Assembly (NCBI RefSeq): GCF_001017655.1
Contig: NZ_CP010904.1
Span: 1,200,001 to 1,232,000, forward strand
Direction of reading: 5' to 3'
DNA length: 32,000 nucleotides
Origin: Kiritimatiella glycovorans
GTDB lineage: Bacteria > Verrucomicrobiota > Kiritimatiellia > Kiritimatiellales > Kiritimatiellaceae
Shown: one piece after another, positions 1-9,542 of the stretch
How the letters are laid out: the number at the start of each line of letters is the position of its first letter
How positions within the stretch are numbered: the stretch's first letter is position 1
Notes under the pieces: model-generated
What the model was told of the DNA's origin: nothing
The model's input: only the letters and a program-made list of their open reading frames with translations
The model's database searches: none
Position numbers and translations under genes: made by a program

Positions 1-1
1 G

Positions 2-553
2 ACCCGTAACCAGGACCGCGTGGGCCTGATCCTGTTTTCGGATCGGGTGGAGGCGATCATCCCGCCCCGCAAAGGACGCCCCCACGCCCTGCGCCTGCTG
101 AGCGATCTGCTCAGAGCCGAGCCGCGGGGCCGCCGCACGGACCCGCAGCCGGCCCTGGAGGCCGTAGCCCACCTCGCACAGCGCCGTTCGCTCGTGTTCT
201 GGGTCTCGGATTTTCTGTTCGACGCCGATCGCGACCGGCTCGGACCGGTCAGTTTCCGGCAGGACCTCGTCGCCGTGGCCGTGAACGATCTCCGCGAGAA
301 GAACCCGCCCGCCTGCGGTCTGGTGTCGGTGGAGGATTCGGAGACGGGCGATTCGATGATCTGTGTGCTGGACCACGCGAACCGGGAGGTTTACGGACGG
401 GCGTTCGACCAGAGGCGCGCGGCGCTGAAACGCGAACTCGAGGCGGCCGGCGCGGACCTAATTGAGTGCGATACGGAATCGAACTGCGCCGCTGAACTGG
501 CGGGATTCTTCAGGCGGCGCATGAGGAGAGCGGCGAATGAAACAGGCGGATAA
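2..553 (+). CDS. DUF58 domain protein, 5'-truncated at the window edge (MoxR/Bat operon partner)
   Basis: The ORF is open from the first bases in frame 2. The translation ...NQDRVGLILFSDRVEAIIPPRKGRPHALRLLSDLL... resembles the conserved core of DUF58 proteins that precede BatA/BatB VWA genes. Codon position 3 is strongly G/C. Stop TAA at 551-553. Confidence 0.75.
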   Translation, partial: TRNQDRVGLILFSDRVEAIIPPRKGRPHALRLLSDLLRAEPRGRRTDPQPALEAVAHLAQRRSLVFWVSDFLFDADRDRLGPVSFRQDLVAVAVNDLREKNPPACGLVSVEDSETGDSMICVLDHANREVYGRAFDQRRAALKRELEAAGADLIECDTESNCAAELAGFFRRRMRRAANETGG

Positions 554-980
554 CGGGCGCACCGGCCTGCGGGCGGCCGTCGCCGCCCTGCTGCTGGCCG
601 CCACGATGCCGGCGGCGTCGCAGGAACTGAACCTGAGGCGGCAGCCGGCGACATTGCGCGGTCTGCCCGGCGAGCCCCTGACGGCGGTGCTGAGCGCGGA
701 AACAGAGGGGGACACGTCGCTGCGCTTCGAGATCCCCGCGGTGTCGAATCTGCTCCTGCGTGCCGATGAGGCCCTCCCGCTGACCCGTTCACCCGAGGGC
801 CGCATACGCCGGGCCCGCCGGCTGGTCTGGCAGGCCATGGAGCCCGGAACGCGGGTGCTGACGAACCTGGTCGTGCGCGCGGACGGTCGCCGGATGCACT
901 TTCCGCCGCTGCGTATCGTCGTCGGAGACGTCGACCCCGCCGACCCGCCCGAGGCGCCCGAACCGGAGACGCAGGAATGA
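537..980 (+). CDS. hypothetical secreted protein (147 aa) within the Bat-like operon
   Basis: ATG 537 is preceded by AGGAGAG (524-530). There is an N-terminal signal-like segment LRAAVAALLLAATMPAASQE. It overlaps the upstream gene by 17 nt and the downstream gene by ATGA. High GC3. I recognise no family. Confidence 0.55.
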   Translation: MKQADNGRTGLRAAVAALLLAATMPAASQELNLRRQPATLRGLPGEPLTAVLSAETEGDTSLRFEIPAVSNLLLRADEALPLTRSPEGRIRRARRLVWQAMEPGTRVLTNLVVRADGRRMHFPPLRIVVGDVDPADPPEAPEPETQE

Positions 981-2002
981 GCTTTGCGCACCCCTGGATC
1001 CTGCTTCTGCTGCCCGCGGCCCTTACGCTGCTGCGCCGGAGGCGCGGGGGCGGCATTCCGGTCTCCAGCCTGGCGGACTGGCGCGATGCGCCGCCCCCGG
1101 GACGCGTGCGATGGCTGGCGGTGCCGCGTATGTTCGCGGCGTTCGCCGCCGCGCTGCTCATCACGGCCATGGCCGGACCGCGTGTCGAAAAACCGGTCCG
1201 GCGCGAAACGCGCGAGGGCATCGCCATCGAGATGCTGCTGGATATCTCCAGCAGCATGGACCAGAGCATCGACCGGCCGGAGGGCGGGAACGTCACCCGT
1301 ATGGAGGCGGCCAAAGAGGCGGTCGCGGCGTTCATCGACCGGCGGCCGGACGATCTGATCGGCCTGATCACCTTCGCGCGCTACGCCGATACCCTCAGCC
1401 CGCTGACCTTCGGCCACGAGGCACTCATCGATATCGTCCGGCGGGTCGAGATCCAGGACCGGCCGCATGAGGACGGTACGGCGTACGGGGACGCCCTGGC
1501 GTTCGCGGCCGCCCAGCTCCACCGCATGGAGAACTGGGGCGTACAGGGCGAGGGAAGCGGTGCAGAGGTCCGGAATAAAGTGATCGTGCTGCTCACAGAC
1601 GGGGAGAACAACTGCGGGCGCCATCTTCCCAGGCAGGCCGCGGGCATGGCTTCGCAGTGGGACATCCGCATCTACGGCATCAGTCTCGGCCGGGACGCCT
1701 TCGAACCGGAAACGCAGACCGGCCGCAGGGATCCGGAATTGACCGAAGGGGAAGCGCTGCTGAAGTCGGTCTGCACGGCATCGGGAGGCGCGTTCTGGAA
1801 GATCCGCGATGCCGGGGGATTGACCGGCGCGTATGAGACGATCGACCGCCTCGAAACCAGCGCGATAAGCACGGCGATTCCACGCCGCGTCGACTACGCG
1901 TCGATCTCAGCGCGGTTCCTGCTGCCCGCCCTCGTGCTCCTCCTGGCCGCGGCCGTGCTGCGGTCCACGGTGCTGCGCGTGGCGGAGGAGGAGCGCGGAT
2001 GA
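977..2002 (+). CDS. batA: VWA domain membrane protein, BatA-like
   Basis: N-terminal MSFAHPWILLLLPAAL... plus a second TM, then a VWA MIDAS-like motif IAIEMLLDISSSMD and later VIVLLTDGENN. A C-terminal TM is present. ATGA overlaps occur on both sides. Confidence 0.8.
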   Translation: MSFAHPWILLLLPAALTLLRRRRGGGIPVSSLADWRDAPPPGRVRWLAVPRMFAAFAAALLITAMAGPRVEKPVRRETREGIAIEMLLDISSSMDQSIDRPEGGNVTRMEAAKEAVAAFIDRRPDDLIGLITFARYADTLSPLTFGHEALIDIVRRVEIQDRPHEDGTAYGDALAFAAAQLHRMENWGVQGEGSGAEVRNKVIVLLTDGENNCGRHLPRQAAGMASQWDIRIYGISLGRDAFEPETQTGRRDPELTEGEALLKSVCTASGGAFWKIRDAGGLTGAYETIDRLETSAISTAIPRRVDYASISARFLLPALVLLLAAAVLRSTVLRVAEEERG

Positions 2003-3543
2003 TCTTTCATGAACCCCGCATGCTGCTGCTTCTGCTCCTCCTGCCGCCTCTCGGGTGGCTGATGCGCCGCGCCGCCCACCGGAACCGCCTCGCGGCGGAA
2101 CAGCTGCGGGGGGCGAACGACGAACGCCCGTCCGCCCCGCGTCGACGCCGCTGGCGGCTCGCGTCCTTCGCCGCCCTGATCACGGCGCTCGCCGCGCCGG
2201 CCTGGAATCCCAGGCCGGGACCGGGCGCGGAAACCGGACGCCACCTCGTGCTCGCGCTGGATATCTCCCGGAGCATGCTCGCCGAAGATCTCTTTCCCTC
2301 ACGGCTCGAATCGGCGCGCATCGCGATTCATGAGGCCCTCCCGTCGCTGCAGGGCAGGAGAGTCGGCCTGATCACCTTCGCGGGTTCGGCGGCCGTGCGG
2401 GTGCCGCTGACCCGCGACCATCATTTCGTGCAGTACATGCTTAAACGCGCCGCGCCCTCGGACGCGGAGATCGGCGGCACGACCCTCCAGGCGGCCATCG
2501 AGAAGAGCATCGACCTGATGATTCCCGAAGGGGAGGAAAACCGAACGGATGTGGTCTTTTTTACCGACGGCGAGGACCACGGAAGCGACCTGGATGCGAC
2601 CGCGAAGCAGCTCGCGGACTGCGGAGCGCGCGTGCTGATGATCGGTCTCGGCGATCCGGAGCTGGGCGCACGCGTGCCGGATCCGTCGTCCACGAATGAA
2701 TGGATGCGCCATGAAGGGCGTATCGTGGTTTCCCGGCTGGAGGAGGAGACCCTCCACAGGCTGGCACGGATCAGCCCGCACGTGGAATATTTCCCCGCGC
2801 GGACGTCGCCCTTCGACCTGCGGTCGGTCTATACGCGCTTCACGGCGGAGGCGCCGCCCGGACCCGCGGCGGAGGAGGGCGCGGTGGTCTATACCGAGGG
2901 GCGTCCGTGGCTGATCGCCGCGGCGCTGCTGTGCTGGTGGCTGGCGGCCGGAGCCCCGCTCCGGTACCGGACGGTCCGCCTCCTTCTCCTGCTCCTGTGT
3001 ATCGCCGGATGCTCGCCGGAAAACCGGGAGCCGGAGGGAGAGTACGCCCGACGCATGGAACGGGGAAATACGCTGTGGCGCCGGGCGCAAAGGGAAATCC
3101 GCGAGGACCCCGCCGTGGCGCTCGCGACGCTGGAGGCCGGCCGCGAGGCCTTCCTGCGCGCGGCCCTGCTCCGCCCGGGAGACCGGCCCGCCGCCCGGCG
3201 GATCGCCGGCGTGAGCGCACAGATACGCGAGGTGAAGCGTGCGCTGCCCCCCGGGGAGCCTGAGTCGACCGCAAGAGATCCAGACCGCGACGCCGCGCAA
3301 CGGCCGGGCCCCGGGGAATTCGAAGAGGAGTACGGAGAAGGAGACCCCGGCGCGGAGAATGTCGCCCCCTCGCAGCGATCGATCCCCATGAGCGCGGAGA
3401 GCCTGCGCGTGGCGCTCGAAAACCGCCGGCTGCCCGAACCGGATTACTCCGCGAGCGAGATTCTCGCGGAGGAGGCCGAGAATCAGAAGGAACGCGCAGA
3501 GCGAAGGGGTCGCCGCGCCTCGGGCGTGAACAAGAACTGGTAG
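1999..3543 (+). CDS. batB: VWA domain protein, BatB-like, fused in frame to a C-terminal lipobox/TPR-like (BatC-like) region
   Basis: IFHEPRMLLLLLLLPPLGW N-terminus. VWA motifs are LVLALDISRSMLAEDLFPSRLE and VVFFTDGEDHG. After a TM segment comes an internal lipoprotein-like segment LLLLLLCIAGCSPE (about 2985-3015) and a helical Arg/Glu-rich tail. Confidence 0.75.
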   Translation: MIFHEPRMLLLLLLLPPLGWLMRRAAHRNRLAAEQLRGANDERPSAPRRRRWRLASFAALITALAAPAWNPRPGPGAETGRHLVLALDISRSMLAEDLFPSRLESARIAIHEALPSLQGRRVGLITFAGSAAVRVPLTRDHHFVQYMLKRAAPSDAEIGGTTLQAAIEKSIDLMIPEGEENRTDVVFFTDGEDHGSDLDATAKQLADCGARVLMIGLGDPELGARVPDPSSTNEWMRHEGRIVVSRLEEETLHRLARISPHVEYFPARTSPFDLRSVYTRFTAEAPPGPAAEEGAVVYTEGRPWLIAAALLCWWLAAGAPLRYRTVRLLLLLLCIAGCSPENREPEGEYARRMERGNTLWRRAQREIREDPAVALATLEAGREAFLRAALLRPGDRPAARRIAGVSAQIREVKRALPPGEPESTARDPDRDAAQRPGPGEFEEEYGEGDPGAENVAPSQRSIPMSAESLRVALENRRLPEPDYSASEILAEEAENQKERAERRGRRASGVNKNW

Positions 3544-3571
3544 AACCGGGAACAGAGACGGATACGTGATC

Positions 3572-5836
3572 ATGTGCGGGATACACAAAAACGGGGCCGT
3601 GGCCGGAGACCTGCTTCGCGCGGTGTGTGGCGCGCTGCTCGCAGGCGCCGTCGCGGTTGGGGCGGAGGACGGGAGCGACGCTTCGCCGCAGGCCGCCCCC
3701 GCCGCGCGTCCGGCAAAGGAGATGGACCTACAGGTCGACGTCAGCGAGACGGAAGCGGTCGTCGACCAGCCGATCATCGTGACGGTGACCTGGACCAGCC
3801 GGGTTCCCTTCAAGCGGTGCCGCCGGCTGTTGCTCGACCTCCCGCTGCTGCGGGGAGCCTCGCTCGGGGTCCGGGCGATGGAACCCGGCGTGCCCGAAGC
3901 CCGGCGCATCGGTCTGCCCGTGAACGGACGCCGCGTGATTGCGCGGCGGGAGACGATCGAGGGACGGGGAGAGCGCATCGCGTTTTCGTTCCGCATCATA
4001 CCCCGGGAACCGGGCGGACTGCCTTCGGAGCCGGTCGCGATGCGGTGTGCGCTGATCGAGGGGCCCGCGCACGAGGGGCGTTATCCGAGTTATTTCGATA
4101 ACCATTTCTTTAATGGTCCCGAATCCGATGAGTCCTTCGAACGCATCTACCTGAGCAGTCCGGTGCCGGAGGTGCGGGTCGCCGCCCTCCCGTCACGCGG
4201 CAGAACGGAGCGCTATACCGGCGTGGCGGAGACGGTCTCGGCGCGTGCGACGGTCGATCCGGAGGACGTCAGGGTCGGTGAACCGATGCTGCTGACCGTC
4301 GAAATCGCGGGGACCGGTTACGGCCCGGATCTGGCGCGGATCCCGGAACCCGTGCTGGGCGACACCGGTCCCGGGTTCCGCGTGAATCCCCGCCCCATAC
4401 GCGAACAGAGCGACGGATCGCGGAGGTCGTTCACCTACGTGATGCGTCCGGTGCGCGCGGGGCTGGAAACCGTACCCGCCCTCGCGCTCCAGTTTTTCGA
4501 TCCCGTCGCGGAAGAGTATAAGATGGTGCGTACCGCGCCCCTCACCGTCACGGTGCGCGCGGACGGCGAGCGTCGGATCTACCAGCCGGATCGTTCGGGC
4601 GAGGCGGCCACGGTCCGGGCGGCGGAGGGCATACGCGGAAACAGGAACGGAGGCGGACGGCACATGGATATCTATGAAGCTCTGGGCGCGCTGGCCCGGT
4701 ACGGCTGGTTGTGTATTCCCCTCCCTCCGCTCCTGTGGCTCGTGCTGCGACCCGCCGTCCGTCGGCGCGAGCGCTGCAGGAGAGATCCCGCCTACGCGCG
4801 CGCCCTGCGGGCCGCCCGACGTTTCCGCCGCCGGGCGCGGTCAGACGAAAAAGCGGCCTGGCGCACCTACCTGGGCGAACGGCTCAATCTCGCCCCCGAA
4901 GCCGTGACGTTCGGGAATGTATCGCGCGAACTGCGCCGCCGCGGGGTGGATCCAACCCTCATCGAAGCCGTGGGCGCGCGGTTCGAACAGGAGGACGCCG
5001 AGCGTTACGCGCCGCGGCGCATGGACGTTCGCAGGACGCCGCCGCGCCGGGAACTGGTGGGCCGGATCGAGCGCGCCACCCGGGCGGCGCTGCTGCTGAT
5101 CCTTATGCTGGCCTGCCATGCCGGCGCCGCGCCCGGAGCAACGCCCTCTCCGGAGCTTATCTTCGACCGCGCGATGGAGCTGCGCACGGAAGAGCCGGAC
5201 CGCGCGAGACCCCTTTTCGAACACGCCGCGCTGGTCTTCGAGGCGAGGGGACACTATCTGAACGCGGGAAACAGCTGGTTTTTCGCGGGGCGCGACGGCC
5301 GGGCGCTGGCGGCGTACCGTCTCGCCGAACGGAGGCGTCCCTTTGATGCCCGTATCCGTGAGAGCCTCGCCGTCATCCGCGCCCGGCGCGAGGACCGGTT
5401 CCCGGAACCGGAATCCCCCGGGTCCGGACTGGCGGCGCTCTGGAGCCGGTTCTCGCGCTGGAGTCCCCTGCTGCGCGGCGGTGCGCTGATCGCCGTCTAC
5501 CTGCTGGGCTGGGGGGTGTTCATCGCGGCCCGTTTCGCCGGCCGCCGGGTGCCGCGTGCCGCCTGCATAGCCGGCGGTCTCGTCGCCGCGACGCTGCTGC
5601 TCTCGCTGCTGACCTCCGCCCTTCAGCCCCCGCGCGGGGTCCTCATCCGCACGGCTGAAGCCCGGCTCGGACCGGGCTACGCCTACGACGCCGCCTACGA
5701 GTCGCCCCTCCACGAAGCCGTCGAATTTGACTGGCTGGGCCGCAGGAAACGCTGGGTCCGCGCCCGGTTTCCCGACGGCCGGGAAGCCTGGCTGCCCGCC
5801 AGTGCATGTCTGAGTATTACGGAGTCCGTCCCCTGA
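3572..5836 (+). CDS. batD: BatD-like (oxygen-tolerance family) protein fused to a TPR-like segment, TM helices and a C-terminal SH3-like (BatE-like) domain
   Basis: There is a signal-like N-terminus. Two BatD-like beta-rich repeats are present (LQVDVSETEAVVDQPIIVTVTWTS; ARATVDPEDVRVGEPMLLTVEIAGTG). A mid-protein TM reads YGWLCIPLPPLLWLVL. The TPR-like stretch is FDRAMELRTEEPDRARPLFEHAALVFEARGHYLNAGNSWFFAG. The C-terminal SH3-like stretch is WVRARFPDGREAWLPASA. An alternative GTG start lies at 3566. Confidence 0.7.
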   Translation: MCGIHKNGAVAGDLLRAVCGALLAGAVAVGAEDGSDASPQAAPAARPAKEMDLQVDVSETEAVVDQPIIVTVTWTSRVPFKRCRRLLLDLPLLRGASLGVRAMEPGVPEARRIGLPVNGRRVIARRETIEGRGERIAFSFRIIPREPGGLPSEPVAMRCALIEGPAHEGRYPSYFDNHFFNGPESDESFERIYLSSPVPEVRVAALPSRGRTERYTGVAETVSARATVDPEDVRVGEPMLLTVEIAGTGYGPDLARIPEPVLGDTGPGFRVNPRPIREQSDGSRRSFTYVMRPVRAGLETVPALALQFFDPVAEEYKMVRTAPLTVTVRADGERRIYQPDRSGEAATVRAAEGIRGNRNGGGRHMDIYEALGALARYGWLCIPLPPLLWLVLRPAVRRRERCRRDPAYARALRAARRFRRRARSDEKAAWRTYLGERLNLAPEAVTFGNVSRELRRRGVDPTLIEAVGARFEQEDAERYAPRRMDVRRTPPRRELVGRIERATRAALLLILMLACHAGAAPGATPSPELIFDRAMELRTEEPDRARPLFEHAALVFEARGHYLNAGNSWFFAGRDGRALAAYRLAERRRPFDARIRESLAVIRARREDRFPEPESPGSGLAALWSRFSRWSPLLRGGALIAVYLLGWGVFIAARFAGRRVPRAACIAGGLVAATLLLSLLTSALQPPRGVLIRTAEARLGPGYAYDAAYESPLHEAVEFDWLGRRKRWVRARFPDGREAWLPASACLSITESVP

Positions 5837-5843
5837 AGTCGGG

Positions 5844-5874
5844 GAAACCGGCTCCGGGTTCAGTTTCTCGTTTC
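5844..5874 (+). terminator. candidate terminator-like hairpin after the Bat-like operon
   Basis: gaaaccgg-ct-ccgggttc imperfect hairpin followed by the T-rich agtttctcgtttc. The structure is weak. Confidence 0.2.
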
Positions 5875-5949
5875 ACATTGGCCGCCGTTTCGCTACCGTA
5901 TGCGCTTTGCGCGCAATCGGCGTGGTCCGTCAAAGGGAGAGGAGCAGCC

Positions 5950-6951
5950 ATGGCGGGTTCGAGAATTCTTTCGGGGGTGCAGCCCTCGGGTAAATTACAT
6001 CTCGGGAACTACTTCGGCATGATGAAGCCGGCGCTGGAGATGCAGGAGGAGGGCGAGGCCTACCTCTTCATCGCGGATTACCACGCCCTGACCACCGTGC
6101 ACGACGCGGCCCGGCTGCGTGAATGGACCCGCGATGTGGCCCTCGATTTTCTCGCCTGCGGACTCGACCCCGAGCGGACCGCCTTTTACAGGCAGAGCGA
6201 CGTGCCGGAGGTCCATGAACTGGCCTGGCTGCTCTCCGTCGTCACCCCGATGGGGCTGCTCGAACGGTGCCACTCCTACAAGGACAAAACCGCGCGGGGC
6301 GTGACCCCCAGCCACGGCCTGTTCGCGTACCCGGTGCTCATGGCGGCCGATATCCTGTGCGTGCAGTCCGACAAAGTGCCCGTCGGCCGCGACCAGAAAC
6401 AGCACGTCGAGGTCACCCGCGACGTGGCCGCCAAATTCAATCACCAGTTCGGCGAGGTCTTCCGCCTCCCCGCACCCGAGATCCGGGACTCCGTCGCCGT
6501 GGTGCCGGGGATCGACGGGAAAAAGATGTCGAAGACCTACGGCAACACGCTCGATATCTTCGGCGACGAGAAGACCCTGAAGAAGAACGTCATGCGTATC
6601 GTAACCGATTCGGCGCCGCTGGAGGCGCCCAAGGACCCGGACACCTGCAATCTGTTTGCGCTCTACCGGCTTCTGGCCGCCGGGGACGAGACGGAGGCGC
6701 TGGCGGAACGCTACCGCGCCGGCGGCCTGGGCTACGGCACCGTGAAAAAAGATCTGCTCGAAAGGATCCAGGCGTATTTCGCGCCGATGCGCGCGCGCCG
6801 CGAAGAACTCGCGCGCGATCCGGAGGCGGTCGAGGCCGTCCTGGCGCGCGGCGCGGCGCGGGCGCGCGAAGAGGCGCGCCGGACGCTGAGCCGGGCCCGG
6901 GAGGCCGTGGGACTGCCGCCCGGGGCGATCGGCCGGGAGGATACGCCGTGA
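5950..6951 (+). CDS. trpS: tryptophan--tRNA ligase
   Basis: MAGSRILSGVQPSGKLHLGNYFG (HIGH-type motif region) and GKKMSKTYGN (KMSKS). GGAGAGGAG lies upstream of ATG 5950. The in-frame upstream extension to 5806 overlaps the previous gene and was rejected. Confidence 0.95.
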   Translation: MAGSRILSGVQPSGKLHLGNYFGMMKPALEMQEEGEAYLFIADYHALTTVHDAARLREWTRDVALDFLACGLDPERTAFYRQSDVPEVHELAWLLSVVTPMGLLERCHSYKDKTARGVTPSHGLFAYPVLMAADILCVQSDKVPVGRDQKQHVEVTRDVAAKFNHQFGEVFRLPAPEIRDSVAVVPGIDGKKMSKTYGNTLDIFGDEKTLKKNVMRIVTDSAPLEAPKDPDTCNLFALYRLLAAGDETEALAERYRAGGLGYGTVKKDLLERIQAYFAPMRARREELARDPEAVEAVLARGAARAREEARRTLSRAREAVGLPPGAIGREDTP

Positions 6952-7760
6952 GCGGGGACATCGACAGCGGAGCGGCTCCCGTTGCCGAATCGAAGGAGTA
7001 CAAGGTCCGGCTGGAGATATTCGAGGGCCCGCTCGACCTGCTGCTCTACCTGATCAAGAAGAACGAGCTGGATATCTACGATATCCCCATCGAGACCATC
7101 ACGCGCCAGTACATCGAATACCTCGAACTGATGCGGATTCTCGATCTGGAGATCGCCGGCGAGTTCCTGGTCATGGCCGCCACGCTCATGATGATCAAGA
7201 GCCGCATGCTGCTGCCCGAGGACGACCGCGCGGAAGAGGAGGAGGAAGAGGAGGACGATCCGCGCTGGGACCTCGTGCGCCAGCTCGTGGAGTACAAGAA
7301 ATTCAAGGACGCCGCCGGATACCTGGAGGGGCGCGAAGAGGAGCAGGGCGACGTATTCGGGCCCGAGGGCGAGCATCTCGAACTGGGCCCGCAGCCGGAA
7401 GTCGCCTTCAGCGACGTCGGTATTTTCGACCTGATCTCGGCGCTCAACGAGGCCCTGGAGCGCGCGGAGCCGGAAGAGGTGGCCGAGATCTTCGCCGAAC
7501 CCTGTTCCGTGGCGGACATGGTCGACGAGGTGCTCCGGGAGACCGGGGGGGGGCGGGAGATCGAACTCCGGTCGCTCTTCACCGGAAGAAAATCGCGCCA
7601 GGAGATGGTCTGCACATTCCTGGCCGTGCTCGAACTGATCAAGCTCAACGAACTCGTGGCCGAACAGGAGGCGCATTTCGGGCGCATCGTGATCCGCCGC
7701 CGCGAAGGACCCGAGACCGCCGCCGCGACGGTCCCGGGCGATCTTGAGGAGGCCCCATGA
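6948..7760 (+). CDS. scpA: segregation and condensation protein A (kleisin)
   Basis: YKVRLEIFEGPLDLLLYLIKKNELDIYDIPIETITRQYIEYLELM is a classic ScpA N-terminus. GTG 6948 overlaps the trpS stop (GTGA). No in-frame ATG lies upstream of the conserved N-terminus. Confidence 0.9.
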   Translation: MSGDIDSGAAPVAESKEYKVRLEIFEGPLDLLLYLIKKNELDIYDIPIETITRQYIEYLELMRILDLEIAGEFLVMAATLMMIKSRMLLPEDDRAEEEEEEEDDPRWDLVRQLVEYKKFKDAAGYLEGREEEQGDVFGPEGEHLELGPQPEVAFSDVGIFDLISALNEALERAEPEEVAEIFAEPCSVADMVDEVLRETGGGREIELRSLFTGRKSRQEMVCTFLAVLELIKLNELVAEQEAHFGRIVIRRREGPETAAATVPGDLEEAP

Positions 7761-8473
7761 ACGAACACCGCGCGATGCCCGAACTCAAGGAGATTGTCGG
7801 CGCCCTGCTGTTCGCCGCCCGGCAGCCGCTCGGAGTCAAGCGTATGCGCCGCGTGCTGCGCGAGACCGCGGAGGTGCAGGGGGGCGTCTACGCGCAGTAC
7901 GCCGAGGCCACCGAACGCGATCTCGCCGGGGCGGTGGAGTCTTTCGTGCGCGACCTCGAGGCGGCCGGGCTCGGACTCCGGGTCGCCGAGGTGGCCCACG
8001 GGTTCCGGATCGAGAACCGCCCGGAGTGCGGTCCCTGGATCCGCCAGATGCTCGACCGCAACCGGACGCCGAAGCTGACCAAGCCCGCCCTCGAGACCCT
8101 GGCCATCATCGCCTACCGCCAGCCGTGCACCCGGGCGGAAGTGGAATCCGTGCGCGGCGTGTCCGCCGACCAGATGATCCGCAACCTCGTGGAGCTGCAG
8201 CTCGTCAAGGCCACGGGACGCAGCGAACTGCCCGGCCGGCCGTGGCTGTTCGGCACGACGCAGAAATTTCTGGAGCACTTTGGATTGAAGACCCTCGGCG
8301 ATCTCCCGAATATGGAGGAGCTGCGCCGCGCGGAGCGGGAGGCGCGGGAACGCAAACCGCAGGAGCCGTCCGGGGGCGCAGAAGACGGCGGGGCGGACGA
8401 AGCGTCCCGGCCGGCGGAATCGGAACCTGCGGGAGAGCAGCATGACACTGGACCAGTGGCGCGGGAAGATTGA
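7757..8473 (+). CDS. scpB: segregation and condensation protein B
   Basis: LKEIVGALLFAARQPLGVKRM..., ...KPALETLAIIAYRQPCTRAEVESVRGV... and GRPWLFGTTQKFLEHFGL are ScpB hallmarks. ATGA overlap with scpA. Confidence 0.9.
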   Translation: MNEHRAMPELKEIVGALLFAARQPLGVKRMRRVLRETAEVQGGVYAQYAEATERDLAGAVESFVRDLEAAGLGLRVAEVAHGFRIENRPECGPWIRQMLDRNRTPKLTKPALETLAIIAYRQPCTRAEVESVRGVSADQMIRNLVELQLVKATGRSELPGRPWLFGTTQKFLEHFGLKTLGDLPNMEELRRAEREARERKPQEPSGGAEDGGADEASRPAESEPAGEQHDTGPVARED

Positions 8474-9515
8474 CGCGATCGACGCGGAACTGGTGCGGCT
8501 CTTGAACGAGCGCACCCGTATCGCGCTGGAGATCGGGAAGCTGAAAAAAGAGGCCGGCGCGGAGATCTACGTGCCCTCGCGCGAACGCGCGGTGCTGCAG
8601 CGTCTGGAGGAACTGAACGGCGGGCCGCTGCCGGCGGAGTCGCTCCGGGCGATCTACCGCGAAATCATGTCCGCCTCGCTCGCGCTCGAACGCGACCTTA
8701 AAATCGCGTATCTCGGCCCGCGCGCCACCTTTACCCACGAAGCCGCCCGCTCGCGTTTCGGCGGCAGCGTCGAATACGTCTCCTGCAGCACGATCGGGGA
8801 TGTATTCAGCGATGTGGAGAACCGCAACGTGGATTACGGCGTCGTCCCGATCGAGAACTCGACGGAGGGCGCGGTGACGCATACCCTGGACCGTTTCGTC
8901 GACACGACGGTGCGGATCTGCGCGGAGATCTTTCTGCCGATCTCGCTCAACCTCCTCTCCCGCGCGGGCCGCGAATCGATCGCCCGCGTCTACAGCAAGG
9001 AGGAGGCCTTCGGCCAGTGCCGCCGCTGGCTCAACGAGAACCTGCCGGGCGTGGAGCAGATCCCGGTCGGCAGCACCGCGTCCGCCGCGGAGCGCGCCGC
9101 CCGCGAGGAAGACAGCGCGGCGATTGCCGGATGGCTGGCCTCGGACCTGTACGGCATCTCCGTGCTCGAGCGAAACATCCAGGACGTCTCGGGTAATGTG
9201 ACCCGATTTCTCGTGCTGGGCCGCTCCTTCAGCGCGCCGACCGGTAAGGACAAGACCTCGATCCTCTTCAGCGTAAAACACAAAGCCGGAGCTCTCTACG
9301 ACGCCCTTTCGGTCTTCTCCGGCAGCGGCGTCAACATGACGCGCATCGAATCGCGTCCGAACCGCACCAAGGCCTGGGAGTACAATTTCTTTGTCGACTT
9401 CGAAGGGCACGCGGAAGACGAAGAGGCGAAACGGACGCTGGAGAAACTCTCGGAACATTGTCTGATGCTGCGCGTGCTCGGTTCCTACCCGAACATGGGC
9501 GGCACGGAAAGCTGA
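8442..9515 (+). CDS. pheA: bifunctional chorismate mutase / prephenate dehydratase (P-protein)
   Basis: The CM domain is LDQWRGKIDAIDAELVRLLNERTRIALEIGKLK. The PDT domain includes IAYLGPRATFTHEAA. The ACT-type C-terminus includes KTSILFSVKHKAGALYDAL and NMTRIESRP. It overlaps the scpB 3' end by 32 nt. Confidence 0.93.
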   Translation: MTLDQWRGKIDAIDAELVRLLNERTRIALEIGKLKKEAGAEIYVPSRERAVLQRLEELNGGPLPAESLRAIYREIMSASLALERDLKIAYLGPRATFTHEAARSRFGGSVEYVSCSTIGDVFSDVENRNVDYGVVPIENSTEGAVTHTLDRFVDTTVRICAEIFLPISLNLLSRAGRESIARVYSKEEAFGQCRRWLNENLPGVEQIPVGSTASAAERAAREEDSAAIAGWLASDLYGISVLERNIQDVSGNVTRFLVLGRSFSAPTGKDKTSILFSVKHKAGALYDALSVFSGSGVNMTRIESRPNRTKAWEYNFFVDFEGHAEDEEAKRTLEKLSEHCLMLRVLGSYPNMGGTES

Positions 9516-9542
9516 ACGCACCGACCGCAAAGGACAGCACCG

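Noticed and set aside
5806-5949. In-frame upstream extensions of several genes in the ORF track: trpS from 5806, scpA from 6267, cmk from 13805, L,D-transpeptidase from 23243, rnc from 26284, xerD from 27522 and purC from 28109.
   Set aside because: The extensions overlap the preceding genes or non-coding leaders and lack homology. The conserved N-termini begin at internal starts that have SD sequences or stop-start overlaps.
5837-5949. A T-box or attenuator leader upstream of trpS.
   Set aside because: The spacer is only 113 nt. I could not see a specifier-loop or T-box consensus, or a Trp-rich leader peptide.
7210-7270. An acidic run (DDRAEEEEEEEDDPRWD) in ScpA, considered as a possible insertion or repeat expansion.
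   Set aside because: Acidic linkers between the ScpA N- and C-terminal domains are common. The run is in frame, short, and not part of any DNA-level tandem repeat beyond GAG/GAA codon reiteration.
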